Shown here piece by piece: positions 53,169 to 63,390 of a stretch of 64,000 bases of DNA; the stretch's first letter is position 1, and each line of letters starts with the position of its first letter. The DNA comes from Vescimonas coprocola (GTDB lineage Bacteria > Bacillota_I > Bacilli_A > RF39 > UBA660). The notes under the pieces are model-generated. The model was not told where the DNA came from, searched no databases, and saw only the letters and a program-made list of their open reading frames with translations. The stretch covers positions 24,073-88,072 of the forward strand of contig CAVKYE010000002.1 of the NCBI GenBank assembly GCA_963660615.1, written 5' to 3'. The position numbers were made by a program, and so were the translations under genes.

Positions 53169-53963
53169 CTAAAAACATCTATTAAGACTAGTACTAACAA
53201 TAATCCTATTATACTTTTCCTTAGTTACATAAACAGAATCATTAGAAATTTTTTCCTGATAAGCCGAATAAACATAAACATCACCATCAATAACATCATA
53301 AGGAGAAACTATATAATAATCATAAGAACTATACAAAATAATTTTTTCATTATTAATAGTCTTAACATTCCCAGAATGACAAAAACCAAAAGAAAAAGAT
53401 ACCATAAAACTTAAAAACATAAAAACCAAACCAAATATAAGCGTTTTAATTCCAAAAGAAAACTTCTCAAACAATTTATATAATTTACTTTCCTTATCAG
53501 TAAACACCTTTATCACAAACATCTCCAAAAGAATAAAAATAAGTGAAGAAATAGAGCATATAACAAAACCACTAATACCATACAAAGAAGAAACAAACAA
53601 ATTACTAATATACAAAATAACAAAAGCAAAAATACACATTAGTACATTAGAAATAACCTTTTTCGCATAAAATAACTTATACAAAATAAGAAAATTTATA
53701 ATCATAAAAAAGAAAAACGCAATCCCTTTTATAATAAAAAATACATAACTACCATCAGGACTATATAAAGAATAATCTATATTATAAAAATTAAATAATC
53801 CCATAATATACATATAATCACAAAACTTAAAATAAACACCAAATAAAACAGCACAAATAGCAAATAAACATATAACTTTTTCAATATTTTCAAAAATTAA
53901 AGTCATAAAAGTAATACTCTTAGCTTCTTTATACTTCTTTTTAATAAAATTCAAAATTCCCAT
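53169..53963 (-). CDS. hypothetical polytopic membrane protein
   Basis: Six or more hydrophobic helices then a soluble C-terminal tail. Start moved from the track TTG (53987) to the ATG preceded by GTGAT. Confidence 0.5.
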   Translation of the reverse strand: MGILNFIKKKYKEAKSITFMTLIFENIEKVICLFAICAVLFGVYFKFCDYMYIMGLFNFYNIDYSLYSPDGSYVFFIIKGIAFFFFMIINFLILYKLFYAKKVISNVLMCIFAFVILYISNLFVSSLYGISGFVICSISSLIFILLEMFVIKVFTDKESKLYKLFEKFSFGIKTLIFGLVFMFLSFMVSFSFGFCHSGNVKTINNEKIILYSSYDYYIVSPYDVIDGDVYVYSAYQEKISNDSVYVTKEKYNRIIVSTSLNRCF

Positions 53964-54272
53964 AAAAATCACTACTCCCTTTTCCAATCAAATTTAAAGT
54001 AGGGGATAATACCATCAAAAATACTCCATTTTATACCCTATTTTAATATAATCATTTTCATTAAATACATTTTAAATCTCTATCCCATTTATATTCTTTG
54101 TATTTTCATATCACATTCATTTATACTAAAAATATAAATAAACTATCAATTTAACAAAATTAACAATAAATGTTAGCAAAAAACTTAAGATTAAAATTTA
54201 TTAAATATATTTCATAAACAAATAACAAAATAAAAATAAAGAAATAATTAAATCATACCTGCAAAAATATTT

Positions 54273-54308
54273 AAAAAACAGAGTAATCATATTATCAAAA
54301 CTACTCTG
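54273..54308 (-). terminator. intrinsic terminator after the XRE-family gene
   Basis: On the minus strand: stem cagagta / tactctg then TTTTTT. Confidence 0.55.
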
Positions 54309-54353
54309 TCTAAAAAATATATACAAGTTAACATAACATATATTATAGGATTT

Positions 54354-55139
54354 TTATTCACCGACTTTTCTAGACTGAATTTCGACAATTTTAGATAACA
54401 CCTCAGATGCATTATCTGAATTAATCTCAGTATATCCAAGTTCTCTTAATGCTTGTTCCTTAGCAATATTTATCTCTAAAGTACGACTCATTTTATCTTC
54501 TAATTTTTGTTCGATTTGAGCAACAAATCTTTTATGAGTAGCCGCAATTTTAGATTTACTAGCACTGCCACTATGATATAAAGTTAAAGCTGAAAATAAA
54601 ATACTTTCAAATATAAACTGTTCATTTTCATCATAAACAAACTCATATGGTTTAGTATAACCCGCAGCCTTAGATGTATATGCAAGCATATATTTAAGTT
54701 CCTTAGAACTTTCCATAGTTTGTAAAAAATGATATAAATATAAAATAGAATTATATTCATTTTCATCCTTATCATCACTTAAACGTTCCTTAAGTTCATC
54801 AATAATGGTATGTAAAAGTTCCTTTTGTTTAGATCCTAAACCTTCAAAAATAATATTAGTATCAGTTACATCACTATTTTTCTTCGCATTATCAAATAAA
54901 CTTGTAACCCTAGTCTCAACATCCATAATATAATCAGTATCAACCTTAATATTATCAATTTCATCAGCTGACTTAATACCTAAAATATTAAGTAAAATAA
55001 CTTTTTTATCCTTAGGCCATTTATTAATATCATCTAACTCTAAATAATTATAAATCATCTGCCTTGAAACCCCAAGACACTTTGCTAACTTAACTTTTGA
55101 AATTCCAAGTTCTCTTAATATTTCGTTTAATCTCTCCAT
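54354..55139 (-). CDS. XRE-family helix-turn-helix protein with a large uncharacterised C-terminal domain
   Basis: N-terminal HTH LGISKVKLAKCLGVSRQMIYNYL. The remaining ~200 aa match nothing I recognise. Confidence 0.7.
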   Translation of the reverse strand: MERLNEILRELGISKVKLAKCLGVSRQMIYNYLELDDINKWPKDKKVILLNILGIKSADEIDNIKVDTDYIMDVETRVTSLFDNAKKNSDVTDTNIIFEGLGSKQKELLHTIIDELKERLSDDKDENEYNSILYLYHFLQTMESSKELKYMLAYTSKAAGYTKPYEFVYDENEQFIFESILFSALTLYHSGSASKSKIAATHKRFVAQIEQKLEDKMSRTLEINIAKEQALRELGYTEINSDNASEVLSKIVEIQSRKVGE

Positions 55140-55250
55140 GATTAAAACCTCCTACTCTAATTTTACCCAAAGTCAAATAAAATGTCAAGCAAAATGTAAA
55201 CTTTCGTCAAAGAAAAAAGAAACAAAAATTTCTTCATAAAATAACAAAGT

Positions 55251-56348
55251 TTACATAACATTTCCATCTTTATCATAAACCTCTTTAATAATTCCGCCAC
55301 CTAAACATTCATCACCATTATAAAATACGCATGCTTGCCCTGGAGTCACCGATTTAACTCCTAAAGGATATTTAACCAAAACATTTCCATCATCAAGAAA
55401 CTCAGTATAAATTTCATTATCTTTTTGACGATACCTAAACTTAGCCGTACATTTTAAAGGTAACTCATCAAGCAAATTAACATCCTCAATTAAAGCAGAA
55501 TAAGAAAGCAAATACTTATTCTCATCTCCCATCGAAACATACAAAATATTATCCTTTAAATCCTTCTTACAAACAAATAACCTTTCCTTAGTACCGCCTA
55601 CATTAAGACCTCTTCTTTGACCAATAGTATAATACATAAGGCCAGAATGTTTGCCCAAAACTTCACCACTATCAATTAAAACAATATCACCAGGAGTATT
55701 AGGCAAATAATTCTCCAAAAACTTCTTAAAATTACGCTCACCAATAAAACAAATACCTGTAGAATCCTTCTTATCAGCCGTAATCAAACCATATTCATGA
55801 GCAATCTCTCTAACCTTATCTTTTTTTAAATCACCAAGCGGGAATAAAACATTTGATAACTGCCTTTTAGAAACTTGTGACAAAAAGTAAGTTTGATCTT
55901 TATTTTCATCAAAACTCCTATAAAGCTTACCATCACACATTTTCGCATAATGACCAGTCGCAATAAAATCAGCGCCTAATTTTAAAGCCTCCTTCGCAAA
56001 CATATCAAACTTAATATACTTATTACACATAATATCCGGATTAGGTGTTCTCCCCTTCTTAAGCTCATCTAAAAAATAAGTAAACACATAATCCCAATAT
56101 TCCTTAACAAAATCCACCCTGTGAAGCGTAATTCCAATCTTCTTACACACACTTAAAGCATCATTATAATCCTTCTCTTGAGGACATATGTCATCATTTA
56201 AATCAGGATTACCTAAAAAATCACCATTTAAAGAAGTATCCCAATTTCTCATAAAAAGGCCCTCAACCTCATAACCCGCTTGCAAAAGCAAAATAGCCGT
56301 AACACTGCTATCCACTCCCCCACTCATACCAACAATAACCTTACTCAT
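55251..56348 (-). CDS. mnmA: tRNA 2-thiouridine(34) synthase
   Basis: PP-loop [26 protein letters not shown] and DQTYFL. Confidence 0.95.
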   Translation of the reverse strand: MSKVIVGMSGGVDSSVTAILLLQAGYEVEGLFMRNWDTSLNGDFLGNPDLNDDICPQEKDYNDALSVCKKIGITLHRVDFVKEYWDYVFTYFLDELKKGRTPNPDIMCNKYIKFDMFAKEALKLGADFIATGHYAKMCDGKLYRSFDENKDQTYFLSQVSKRQLSNVLFPLGDLKKDKVREIAHEYGLITADKKDSTGICFIGERNFKKFLENYLPNTPGDIVLIDSGEVLGKHSGLMYYTIGQRRGLNVGGTKERLFVCKKDLKDNILYVSMGDENKYLLSYSALIEDVNLLDELPLKCTAKFRYRQKDNEIYTEFLDDGNVLVKYPLGVKSVTPGQACVFYNGDECLGGGIIKEVYDKDGNVM

Positions 56349-56402
56349 AATATCAACTCTTTTTCTAAAAACAATTATACCAAAAAAATGATAGAAAATC
56401 CA

Positions 56403-57032
56403 TCATTTTAATACATTCATTATAAATCCCAAAGCCCTAGGAACCACAAAAGCCTCATATAAACTAGTAAATATTAAAACAAAAATAGAAAAGCCAAGAA
56501 CAACCAAATACCTATTTATAATCCCCTTAAAATCAAAAGCCTTTTTACTTTTTAAAGAAGAAATAAGTTTATAAGAAACCACCAAAGAAAAAGCCGACAA
56601 AAGCATAAAAATAAATAAATTAATAACATGATGTGGAAACACATACACAAAAGAAAGCAAAACACCTTTCAACTTAAACACATAAATAATACTACCAAGA
56701 GAAAAACCAATAATAAAAGATTTCAAAAACAAAATAAAAATAACCACAAAAAATCCAATCACCGATATCCCAAGAAGCCAAATAAATAAAGAAATGCCAA
56801 GTGTAAAAAACAAAGTATTGACTATAGAACCATTATAATTAAGTTTTCCATCCTTCGCATTATTAAAAAAATCCATCAAATAACTAGTAACAAGTGCTTT
56901 ATCATCCCCACTAATAATCACCGAAAACAAAGCCCCAGCTATAAGCCCCGTAATAACCAAAACAAGCAAAAACACAAATAAATTTTTATTAATACGAATA
57001 TTACTCTTTAACTTGTCCATATATTTTTTCAT
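56403..57032 (-). CDS. spoIIM: stage II sporulation protein M-like membrane protein
   Basis: 209 aa with five TM helices. The topology and size are typical of SpoIIM. Family call from pattern only. Confidence 0.65.
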   Translation of the reverse strand: MKKYMDKLKSNIRINKNLFVFLLVLVITGLIAGALFSVIISGDDKALVTSYLMDFFNNAKDGKLNYNGSIVNTLFFTLGISLFIWLLGISVIGFFVVIFILFLKSFIIGFSLGSIIYVFKLKGVLLSFVYVFPHHVINLFIFMLLSAFSLVVSYKLISSLKSKKAFDFKGIINRYLVVLGFSIFVLIFTSLYEAFVVPRALGFIMNVLK

Positions 57033-57123
57033 ATCTATCCCTCATCTAATTATATTAATTTAATAAAATAATATTCCAAATAATAAAAAAATATTATATA
57101 ATATTAATAACGAGGTGAAAAAA

Positions 57124-57216
57124 ATGAACAAAAAAGTACAAAAAATAACAGTTTGGATAATGCTTTTAGTAATAGTCGCATTCTTTATTTCATGTATAGT
57201 TTGGGGCATGAATTAA
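57124..57216 (+). CDS. candidate 30-aa single-TM peptide (MNKKVQKITVWIMLLVIVAFFISCIVWGMN)
   Basis: GAGGTG SD 7 nt upstream and a terminator immediately downstream. Too short for the ORF track. Confidence 0.3.
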   Translation: MNKKVQKITVWIMLLVIVAFFISCIVWGMN

Positions 57217-57248
57217 GACCTAATTAGACAAAATCAATTAGGTCTTTT
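57217..57248. terminator. bidirectional intrinsic terminator
   Basis: Stem gacctaatt / aattaggtc with a 10-nt loop, then TTTT. Confidence 0.65.
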
Positions 57249-58086
57249 AATATGCAACACATTTTCCCGCAATATAATTAATAATTTCTTGATTCGTATC
57301 TCTAGTATAATGAAGTCCATCTTCAGTATCAAAAGCCAAAGAATTATAAGAATCGCAAAAACTAACATTAGAGGTATTTTTTTCATTTATCAATCTTTTA
57401 AATTGCAAATTCGCATTCTCAATCTCATAATTCGTTCTAATATTAGAAGGTCTAGTTATATTAATAAGTTTCTCATCAATAGGATTAATAGAAAGTATAT
57501 AAAATTTAACATTAGGATATTTAGAAAAAAGTTTATTATATAAATTATAATAATTATTTGCAACATTCTTCCCTGATTTTTCATAACTTAAATCATTAAC
57601 ACCCATGTTCAAAATAACATGATAAGTATAATTACTTTCTTTACTCAAAATTTCATCAAGTCTTTCCATAGCTTCACCCTTAAACCATTCAATTTTCATT
57701 CCTGCACGAGCAACAAAAGACATATTAACAGGAATATCAATAGAAGAATCATTCTCAATATATTCCATCCTAGAGTCCCCAACAACAATAACTTTATTCA
57801 TAGAAATATCTTTAACTTCTACTTTTTCATTCAAAGTATGATTATTATAATCTTTTGAAGTAGCCTCATCCTTACTAATCATACCAACAAGTACCGAAGA
57901 TAAAAAGATAACAATAAATACCGAAGGAACAAAAACAACAATTTTTCTCATACGGACATTCTTAGTAAACAACGTTTTATTATAAATAAGCAAACACAAA
58001 ATCAAACTCACTAATATAAAAATATAACAAAGTATATCCACAAAAGCAGAATCACTAAGTCCAAATAGTATATTACAAACTTCCAT
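57247..58086 (-). CDS. membrane-anchored SGNH/GDSL hydrolase-type esterase
   Basis: Two N-terminal TM helices, block I VIVVGDSRM, block III MGVNDL and block V DGLHYT. Confidence 0.75.
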   Translation of the reverse strand: MEVCNILFGLSDSAFVDILCYIFILVSLILCLLIYNKTLFTKNVRMRKIVVFVPSVFIVIFLSSVLVGMISKDEATSKDYNNHTLNEKVEVKDISMNKVIVVGDSRMEYIENDSSIDIPVNMSFVARAGMKIEWFKGEAMERLDEILSKESNYTYHVILNMGVNDLSYEKSGKNVANNYYNLYNKLFSKYPNVKFYILSINPIDEKLINITRPSNIRTNYEIENANLQFKRLINEKNTSNVSFCDSYNSLAFDTEDGLHYTRDTNQEIINYIAGKCVAY

Positions 58087-58215
58087 TAAAAAATCACCTC
58101 AAATATACTCAAATATAATAGCACAAACCAAAAGAAAAAGCAAAGAATAATTCAACAAATCCATACTTTTAAAACACCTAAATTTAATAATATCCATTTT
58201 CCAAACAAAAATACA

Positions 58216-58758
58216 CTATTTTTTCTTAAAAGTAATAAAATTAATAAATCTATTCAAATAACTAACATGATTAGTCGTTAAAATATAATCATCTAATCTT
58301 TTAACAAACTTATCATTATTAGAAACAAACCTTCTAGGTTTAAAATGCAAAGCCTTTTCATAAATCAAAGCAAAATCATCAAAATCATCAAGGCTCAAAA
58401 TATACCCTTCCATAGAAAAACTCTTAACAATCTGTACTTGATGATCATTAGTATGCTCATTATACTTTTTTAAACGAGAAGCCGCAATAACCTTCTTCCC
58501 TTTTTTAATAGCTCCTAAAATAGAACCAACCCCACCATGAGTAATAATAAGTGAAGCCTTATCAATATAATCATCCATGATAGAAGGACTAACATAATCA
58601 AATATTTCCATATTACTAGACGAATACTTAGTAAATCCCGCTTGAACCACTACCTTTTCTTTAATTATACCAGTAGAAATAGCCTTATCAATAGTTTTAA
58701 GGAGCCTAGAAAAATCCTTGTCCTGCGTACCTAACATAATAAAAATCAATATATCCAC
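58216..58758 (-). CDS. Alg13-like glycosyltransferase subunit (PssE/Cps14G family, GT28 C-terminal domain)
   Basis: IFIMLGTQDKDFSRLLK, ITHGGVGS and EHTNDHQ. Confidence 0.7.
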   Translation of the reverse strand: MDILIFIMLGTQDKDFSRLLKTIDKAISTGIIKEKVVVQAGFTKYSSSNMEIFDYVSPSIMDDYIDKASLIITHGGVGSILGAIKKGKKVIAASRLKKYNEHTNDHQVQIVKSFSMEGYILSLDDFDDFALIYEKALHFKPRRFVSNNDKFVKRLDDYILTTNHVSYLNRFINFITFKKK

Positions 58759-59216
58759 CCCCCAAAAACAGCCTTAGGATAAAGCTTTAACATATCTTCC
58801 CACTGAACAACAAAATAATCCGCAAACTTATAAACAAGCCTGCCAGTAATCGTTTTAGACTCCATATTCGCAAAAGTTTCAATAAAAATAATCTTACTAC
58901 CAAAAATTTTACCAATACAGCACATAGGCCCCGCAATATGCGCACCAGTTGTGATAATATAATCAGGTCTAATCTTCAAATATAAAAACAAACTTTTAAA
59001 ACAATTGCCAAGTAACCTAAAAGGATATAAAAACTTTTGATAATCCTTACTACCAGATATCAAATAAAAAACATTTTTATACTTTTCCTTCAAAAACAAA
59101 GTACTATTAGACTTTTCCGTAACCACATAAGAATTATTTTTTAAAATAAGCTTATCAAGCTGAAGTAATTCCGATAAATGTCCCCCCATAGAAGAAATAA
59201 ACATAATCTTAGCCAT
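58746..59216 (-). CDS. Alg14-like glycosyltransferase subunit (PssD/Cps14F family)
   Basis: IMFISSMGGHLSEL and IITTGAHIAGP. Start placed at the ATG after GGTGGTGAT. Overlaps both neighbours. Confidence 0.7.
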   Translation of the reverse strand: MAKIMFISSMGGHLSELLQLDKLILKNNSYVVTEKSNSTLFLKEKYKNVFYLISGSKDYQKFLYPFRLLGNCFKSLFLYLKIRPDYIITTGAHIAGPMCCIGKIFGSKIIFIETFANMESKTITGRLVYKFADYFVVQWEDMLKLYPKAVFGGWIY

Positions 59217-60411
59217 TATCATCACCACCTTCAAATAAACCTTGCCATTTCAAAAAAGCCACATCGCTAGTATATTTAAGCGAAGTTTCTAAAGCCTTCT
59301 TTCCCATCTTCCTTCTTAAATCATAATCAGAAGCCAAAAATTTCATCTTAAGTGCCATCTCATCATAATCCCTATTAGAAATCAAAAAACCATTCTCACA
59401 ATCAGTAATAATATCCAAAGCCCCTTCAGCCGAATCAAATGCAACACAAGGAATACCATAACTCATAGCCTCAATCAAAACAATTCCAAAAGACTCCGTA
59501 TAAGAACACATCAAATAAATAGAAGACTTAGAAAGTAAATCATTAATATATTTTTTATCCCTAAAACCGTGCATAAAAACCCTATCTTCAAGATTATATT
59601 TCAAAATTAATTCTTCCACATTCTCTCTTAAAACACCATCACCAACAATATCCAAAGTCCACTCATCATCAAATGATTTAAATTTATTAAAAACCTGAAT
59701 TAAATCCTCACAGCCCTTTTCCTTAGAAAGCCTACCAACAGATATCATTCTCTTTGAAGATAAATTAGAAGGCTTTAAAGGAACGCTATCTAAAGAATTC
59801 GGAATATAAACACACCTGCACATTTCACCTTTAAGCATTTCCTCATAAAAATTCTTAAGTCCTAAAGAAACCAAAACCAAATAATTAAGATTCTTCACGC
59901 TCAAAGCAACCTCACGAGCATATTTCATATTACCATGATAATGATTATGTTCCCATCCTATTTTCACGCCATCCTTCTTACCATACCTACCAAGCCATTT
60001 ATTCAAAAAAGTCCTAGTTGAAACAATAATATCACTATCACATCTTTTAATAGCCCTCCTAGTAACAAAAAATCTTCTAGGATACATAAAAATACCAGAA
60101 AAACCATCCTTCAAAAAAGATAAAATCTTAAACTTTCTAAAATAATCCCTAAATAATTCCTTAAACAAAGTTCCAAATTTTCTTTTAAAAACAAGTTCTT
60201 TATATCTAGCCACTTTAACCGGCAAATCACTATCAATCAAATACTTAAGCCCAACCCTTTTATCAAGTTCAAAAGAAGGATTCTCATTTAGTTTATAAAT
60301 ACAAACAATTTCAACCAAATATTTAGGACAAAGCGAATTTGCCAAAGTACAAATAGCCTTCTCAATACCACCATAACCTAAATGTAAAGACAAAATAGTA
60401 ACTTTCTTCAT
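59209..60411 (-). CDS. family 4 (GT-B, group 1) glycosyltransferase
   Basis: KVTILSLHLGYGGIEKA at the N-terminus. C-terminal SYTESFGIVLIEAMSYGIPCVAFD (EX7E region). Confidence 0.85.
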   Translation of the reverse strand: MKKVTILSLHLGYGGIEKAICTLANSLCPKYLVEIVCIYKLNENPSFELDKRVGLKYLIDSDLPVKVARYKELVFKRKFGTLFKELFRDYFRKFKILSFLKDGFSGIFMYPRRFFVTRRAIKRCDSDIIVSTRTFLNKWLGRYGKKDGVKIGWEHNHYHGNMKYAREVALSVKNLNYLVLVSLGLKNFYEEMLKGEMCRCVYIPNSLDSVPLKPSNLSSKRMISVGRLSKEKGCEDLIQVFNKFKSFDDEWTLDIVGDGVLRENVEELILKYNLEDRVFMHGFRDKKYINDLLSKSSIYLMCSYTESFGIVLIEAMSYGIPCVAFDSAEGALDIITDCENGFLISNRDYDEMALKMKFLASDYDLRRKMGKKALETSLKYTSDVAFLKWQGLFEGGDDNG

Positions 60412-60419
60412 AAATCCTC

Positions 60420-61460
60420 CTATAAAAACTTTTTAAAACAAGGAATCTTGCGTAAAAGATAAACAATAAAACCAGTAAGTACAAAACATAAAATATCTAA
60501 AACTAAAACTCCAAGACACGTATTAAATCCAAAAATCATTTCCATAAATCCACACTCATACAAAAATCTTATAATAAACACATGAAATAAATATATCCCA
60601 AAAACAAGATTACTCAAAAAACAAATAATACCATTAAATCGCTCATTCCCAGTACAATTTCCAATAAAATGTTTAAACAAAATAAATACACAAATAGAAA
60701 CAATACATATCAAAAATGATTGATAAGTAATTAAAGTATCAAAAGTAAGATGAAATTTATCAATACCCAAATAAAGATAAATAAAACCTAAAATAACAAA
60801 AACAAAAGCTAAAATAATACAAGTTTTAATCTTTTTAAAATCAAAAGTTTTATTACTAAGATAATATCCAAGTACATAATATCCAACACATATAGAAAAA
60901 GTACATAAAAATATCGAATCAACAATTCTATAAGGCTCACCTAAAACAATATTAGTAATATAAGGAAACATCTCCAAAATACTAGGTAAAATCAAAAACA
61001 AAATGAAAAACATCTTATAATCTTTATCATTAAAATTTTTAATCATCTTTTGTAAAAAAGGTGTAACAATATATAAACCAATAAGCATATATAAATACCA
61101 AATCCAGTATGGATATTCAGGAATTGTATATATTGAAAAAGGCGCTAAAATAATACCCTTCAAATCACCACCATAAAGCAAAATATTTATTCCTAAAATA
61201 ACCAATAAAGGAATAACAATACGAAATATTCTTTTAAAGAAAACCTCGTGATAAGTAGTATTTCTTCCTAAAAATATAACACCAGTCGTCATAATAAATA
61301 AAGGAACAGCAATCTTACACACATCATAGAAAAAATAATGAAAAAACTCTACCAAAAAATTAGTATCATTTATATACTGATGTGAATGATTATATATAAC
61401 AAGAAAAACAGCCAAAACTTTAAGCAAATCTAAATAAACATATCTCTTACTAGCTAACAT
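60420..61460 (-). CDS. acyltransferase family 3 membrane O-acyltransferase
   Basis: YVYLDLLKVLAVFLVIYNHS and about 10 TM helices. Confidence 0.85.
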   Translation of the reverse strand: MLASKRYVYLDLLKVLAVFLVIYNHSHQYINDTNFLVEFFHYFFYDVCKIAVPLFIMTTGVIFLGRNTTYHEVFFKRIFRIVIPLLVILGINILLYGGDLKGIILAPFSIYTIPEYPYWIWYLYMLIGLYIVTPFLQKMIKNFNDKDYKMFFILFLILPSILEMFPYITNIVLGEPYRIVDSIFLCTFSICVGYYVLGYYLSNKTFDFKKIKTCIILAFVFVILGFIYLYLGIDKFHLTFDTLITYQSFLICIVSICVFILFKHFIGNCTGNERFNGIICFLSNLVFGIYLFHVFIIRFLYECGFMEMIFGFNTCLGVLVLDILCFVLTGFIVYLLRKIPCFKKFL

Positions 61461-61464
61461 ATTA

Positions 61465-62334
61465 CTACTCCTTTTTGTACTTAAATTTCAAAAAAACAGA
61501 AACAAACAAACAAGGCAAATAAAACAAACAAGAAAAAAACTTCATACTACTCTCTTTAACTATTTTTTTCTTAGCAATAAAAGAATAAATTCCAAATAAA
61601 ATACAATTTTTAACTCTAATAGAAAATTTAAATCTTTTATCCATAAAAACAAGAGAATTTGCCCTAGCCCCTAAAGGACATTTAAGAACTGATTTAAGCC
61701 AGTTTTTAGAAAGACCATCCTCCAAATACTCAGTGCAATATATCTCAAGTGGAATATAGGCCATATCATATTTAAAAGCAATTTCATTCCAAACAATTGC
61801 TTCACTTAAAAATCTCTCACCTGCAAACACCGGAAAAGGATACTTAAGCAAAACATCCTTTCTAAAAACCTCACACATATCACTCAAAAAACCATTATTA
61901 TACTTAAACTCAATAGGATTTGCCACACATTCAGAAAAACTCTTACCTAAGTAAACTGGATTCTTAATTTTCCTAAGAAAAGACATACCAGCAATCTTAT
62001 CATTTCCTTCATACTTTTTAAAATATTTTTTAACATTGTAAATAGCATCACTAGTCAAATAATCATCACTATCAAGAATTAAAATAAGATCTCCCAAAGC
62101 CTTCTTCACACCAAAATTTAAAGCCGTGTGTTTACCTCCATTTTTCTTATAAAAATAAGAAACCTTAATTTTATTATCTTTTATATATCCATTTACTTTT
62201 ACTTTAGTATCATCAGAAGAGCCATCATCAATAATAAGCCATTCAAAATCAGTATCACTTTGATTAACCAAACTTTCATAAGCCTTATCCAAAATATACC
62301 CCCTATTATAAGTTGGGGTCAAAATAGTTATCAT
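61465..62334 (-). CDS. family 2 glycosyltransferase
   Basis: ITILTPTYNR, EWLIIDDGSSD and LILDSDD (DxD motif). Confidence 0.9.
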   Translation of the reverse strand: MITILTPTYNRGYILDKAYESLVNQSDTDFEWLIIDDGSSDDTKVKVNGYIKDNKIKVSYFYKKNGGKHTALNFGVKKALGDLILILDSDDYLTSDAIYNVKKYFKKYEGNDKIAGMSFLRKIKNPVYLGKSFSECVANPIEFKYNNGFLSDMCEVFRKDVLLKYPFPVFAGERFLSEAIVWNEIAFKYDMAYIPLEIYCTEYLEDGLSKNWLKSVLKCPLGARANSLVFMDKRFKFSIRVKNCILFGIYSFIAKKKIVKESSMKFFSCLFYLPCLFVSVFLKFKYKKE

Positions 62335-62345
62335 AAATACTCCTC

Positions 62346-63368
62346 CTATTCATAAAGAGAATAGATCTCATTTTCCCAAGCCACTACATCAATATAAGGC
62401 TTTATAATAGATAAACATTTAGAAGAATATTGTTTCAATAACTCATCATCATTAAGTAATTTCAAACATAAACTAGCATATTCTTCCATATCCTTACAAA
62501 TAAATTCCTTACTATCCTTAAAAATAGTCGCAAGTCCACCAGAACCGCTATTTAAAACAGGCTTACCTAAGCACATACTTTCAATAGCTGTAAGTCCAAA
62601 ACCTTCAAAAGAAGATGGCATAAGTACAACCTTAGACTTACTAATTATTTTAAACGGATTTTTTTCAAAACCAGTCATATCAATATTATTTTGAAGATCA
62701 TATTCCTTTATTCTTTCCAACAAAGAATCTTTCATATCTCCATCGCCAATCATAACCGCACAAACATTAGGCATCTTCTTACTAATTTCTTTAACAACAT
62801 CTACAAAAAGAAATGGATGCTTAGCCTCACAAAGTCTCCCAACAAAAAGCAAATCATAACTTTTATCATAGTCTTCTTTACCTTTCAAATTAACCATATC
62901 ATAATCAACAACATTCGTAATTATAGAAGTTTTCTTTTCAATACTATTTTTAAAAATAGCCTCATCTAAAACAGATTTAGAAACCACTGCAACTTTATAA
63001 AATTTTTTAGAAACCATATTATATAAAACAGTAAATAAATTCCACTTTTTAGCAAAAGGATAATTACAATGTAAGTGAGAAATGATCTTACCTTTAAACA
63101 AAGAAACAGCCGCTACCACACTAGCCTTATAATCATGAGCATGAATAATATCAATACCACGCTCTTTACATATTTTTCTAAGATATGATGGTCTAAACTT
63201 TTCAATTGGAATATACTTAATCCCCTTTTCCTTCAAAACACCACAAATCTCTCCCCTAGGACAGCAATAATACATATCGTATTTCTTATTATTTTCTATA
63301 ATCGTACAAACAACATTCTCCGCCCCAGAAAACTTATTACTAGGTAACAAATGTAAAACCTTTTTCAT
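62346..63368 (-). CDS. family 4 (group 1) glycosyltransferase
   Basis: MKKVLHLLPSNKFSGAENV and C-terminal PSSFEGFGLTAIESMCLGKPVL. Start placed at the ATG after GAGGA. Confidence 0.85.
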   Translation of the reverse strand: MKKVLHLLPSNKFSGAENVVCTIIENNKKYDMYYCCPRGEICGVLKEKGIKYIPIEKFRPSYLRKICKERGIDIIHAHDYKASVVAAVSLFKGKIISHLHCNYPFAKKWNLFTVLYNMVSKKFYKVAVVSKSVLDEAIFKNSIEKKTSIITNVVDYDMVNLKGKEDYDKSYDLLFVGRLCEAKHPFLFVDVVKEISKKMPNVCAVMIGDGDMKDSLLERIKEYDLQNNIDMTGFEKNPFKIISKSKVVLMPSSFEGFGLTAIESMCLGKPVLNSGSGGLATIFKDSKEFICKDMEEYASLCLKLLNDDELLKQYSSKCLSIIKPYIDVVAWENEIYSLYE

Positions 63369-63390
63369 ATATATCCTCTTTCTAAAAAAA